From the IMG/VR virus record IMGVR_UViG_2791355221_000001, positions 39,234 through 103,233 of that record: a DNA stretch of 64,000 nucleotides. The stretch is one strand, 5' to 3'. The DNA comes from a virus. Taxonomy: Duplodnaviria; Caudoviricetes. Shown here piece after piece: positions 62,810 through 64,000 of the stretch (position 1 is its first letter; every line of letters begins with the position of its first letter). The translations under genes and the position numbers were made by a program. The notes under the pieces were generated by a model. It saw only the letters and a list, made by a program, of their open reading frames with translations. It searched no databases and was not told the origin of the DNA.

Positions 62810-63370
62810 ATAGCTATACCAAAACCCCCATTTAACGACTATCAAACATTTGATGACACAACAATCATCTATCATAAGAATAGAAAAGGTCATGAATTTG
62901 AAATACTTATCGACACAGAAGATTTGCCGAGATTATTGGATTTGAATTATCATTGGATTGTGGGATATTACCCGAAAATTAATGGCTATTATGCTCAAGC
63001 TTCCATCTATTTAGGAAAGAATAGTAAGCCGCGATATAAAACTTTATATTTGCATCGATATATATTAAATGCTGTTGAAAATGACAATATTTATGTTCAT
63101 CATAAAGACCACAAGCAGACTCTAGATAATAGAAAATCAAATTTGATTGGAACTTCTAACGAAAATAACTCAAAAGATAGAAAAGGTAAAAACAAGAATA
63201 ACAAGACAGGTTATAGAAATGTCACTTTCACTGAAGGAAGATATGTTGTTCAACTTCAAGTCGAAGGAAGAAATAAACGGATAGCTACGTTTGAAGATCC
63301 TCATGAAGCAGGAGCATTTGCAAAAGAAATGAGACTGAAATATTATGGTGATTTTTCTGGACTTGATTGA
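62810..63370 (+). CDS. HNH-AP2 homing endonuclease (probable ATA start)
   Basis: YLHRYI...VHHKDH..LDNRKSNL; AP2 TGYRNV...YYGDF; frame open back to ATA 62810 after AAAGGGAG. Confidence 0.8.
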   Translation: MAIPKPPFNDYQTFDDTTIIYHKNRKGHEFEILIDTEDLPRLLDLNYHWIVGYYPKINGYYAQASIYLGKNSKPRYKTLYLHRYILNAVENDNIYVHHKDHKQTLDNRKSNLIGTSNENNSKDRKGKNKNNKTGYRNVTFTEGRYVVQLQVEGRNKRIATFEDPHEAGAFAKEMRLKYYGDFSGLD

Positions 63371-63423
63371 GCAACCAATGAAACCTGAATTTTAATACAC
63401 AATTTGTTAATGGAGGAAATGAC

Positions 63424-63759
63424 ATGAAAGAAAAAGTTGTGATATATGCACGAGTTGGAAGCCAAGAACAGGCAAATGTCTCACTAGATAGACAAATTGA
63501 TTCATGCAAAAGCTTTGCTGTAAAGAATGATTTGATGATTAAAGGAATTTACAAGCAAGTTGGTGCTTCCGCACATGGAACACAAGAGAAATTCGAGTCT
63601 ATTCTGAGCAATATGTATCAATCGAATGTCGAGACACTATTAATCGAGGACTGGAGCAGAATTTCTAGGAATGCAATTGAGGCTATGGAAATTGAGAATC
63701 GTTTCAAAAAGAACAATAAGAGTATCGTTACTGTAAATGGCGATAAACTTTTACTTTAA
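63424..63759 (+). CDS. Stand-alone serine recombinase catalytic-domain protein
   Basis: YARVGS.EQ..SLDRQ...DWSRISRN; no DNA-binding domain. Confidence 0.75.
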   Translation: MKEKVVIYARVGSQEQANVSLDRQIDSCKSFAVKNDLMIKGIYKQVGASAHGTQEKFESILSNMYQSNVETLLIEDWSRISRNAIEAMEIENRFKKNNKSIVTVNGDKLLL

Positions 63760-63787
63760 AAAGATAATTTTATGAGGTGAATCCAGA

Positions 63788-64000
63788 ATGAAGAACAGAT
63801 CTGAAATGACTTTACTTGAGCTGTTAGAACTATATCAGAATGAAAAGAAAGCATTCGAGAAGTACAGGGAAGACACCTTTATGAAAGACGTTGACGAGAA
63901 AGACGAGGTTACCAGAAAACGTCACTTCAAAGAATATGAGGAACTTCAATTAGAAGTTATGAACATAGCCTGCTTTATTGCAGAGAAATTATTAAAATAA
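63788..64000 (+). CDS. Hypothetical protein
   Basis: GAGGTG RBS after junction palindrome. Confidence 0.6.
   Translation: MKNRSEMTLLELLELYQNEKKAFEKYREDTFMKDVDEKDEVTRKRHFKEYEELQLEVMNIACFIAEKLLK

Larger units (their letters stand above)
1..64000. mobile_element. SPbeta-like large temperate phage/prophage (partial; both ends outside window)
   Basis: YonO-type RNAP, YonK, HU, YonJ-like, YopQ/YopR homologues, ATP-dependent ligase, SASP and many small ORFs; no host core genes. Confidence 0.9.

Noticed and set aside
1-64000. Arbitrium (aimR/aimP), tRNA, rRNA, introns, att sites
   Set aside because: None recognisable by eye; they could lie outside the window or need covariance-model searches

Overview
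The whole 64 kb window is AT-rich phage DNA with no host housekeeping genes, and I saw no rRNA, tRNA or CRISPR array. It looks like a large SPbeta-like (pro)phage of a spore-forming Bacillales host. The SASP and RsfA homologues suggest a Paenibacillus-like host (inference). The left arm (minus strand) carries beta-helix, SGNH and collagen-FN3-LamG surface genes, a yonJ-like/yonK/PIN-PhoH/HU/yonO (single-subunit RNA polymerase) block, and a ParM-ParR + pilin-like + VirB6-like + FtsK module. The right arm (mostly plus strand) carries RecD2, a primase-like gene, tyrosine recombinases, about 70 small accessory genes, a yopQ-yopR(mrpR) lysogeny pair and, directly after it, an agr-type peptide cassette (agrB, kinase-less membrane protein, unannotated agrD, LytTR-only regulator). 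Two observations stand out. (1) About 30 copies of an 18-bp palindrome, ATRAAA-N6-TTTYAT, sit at accessory gene junctions, typically overlapping a stop codon and preceding an RBS, like recombination sites of a gene-cassette array. (2) The agr-like cyclic-peptide system lies next to the master repressor, in a window with no arbitrium genes. All family assignments come from motif recognition by eye, not from database searches.
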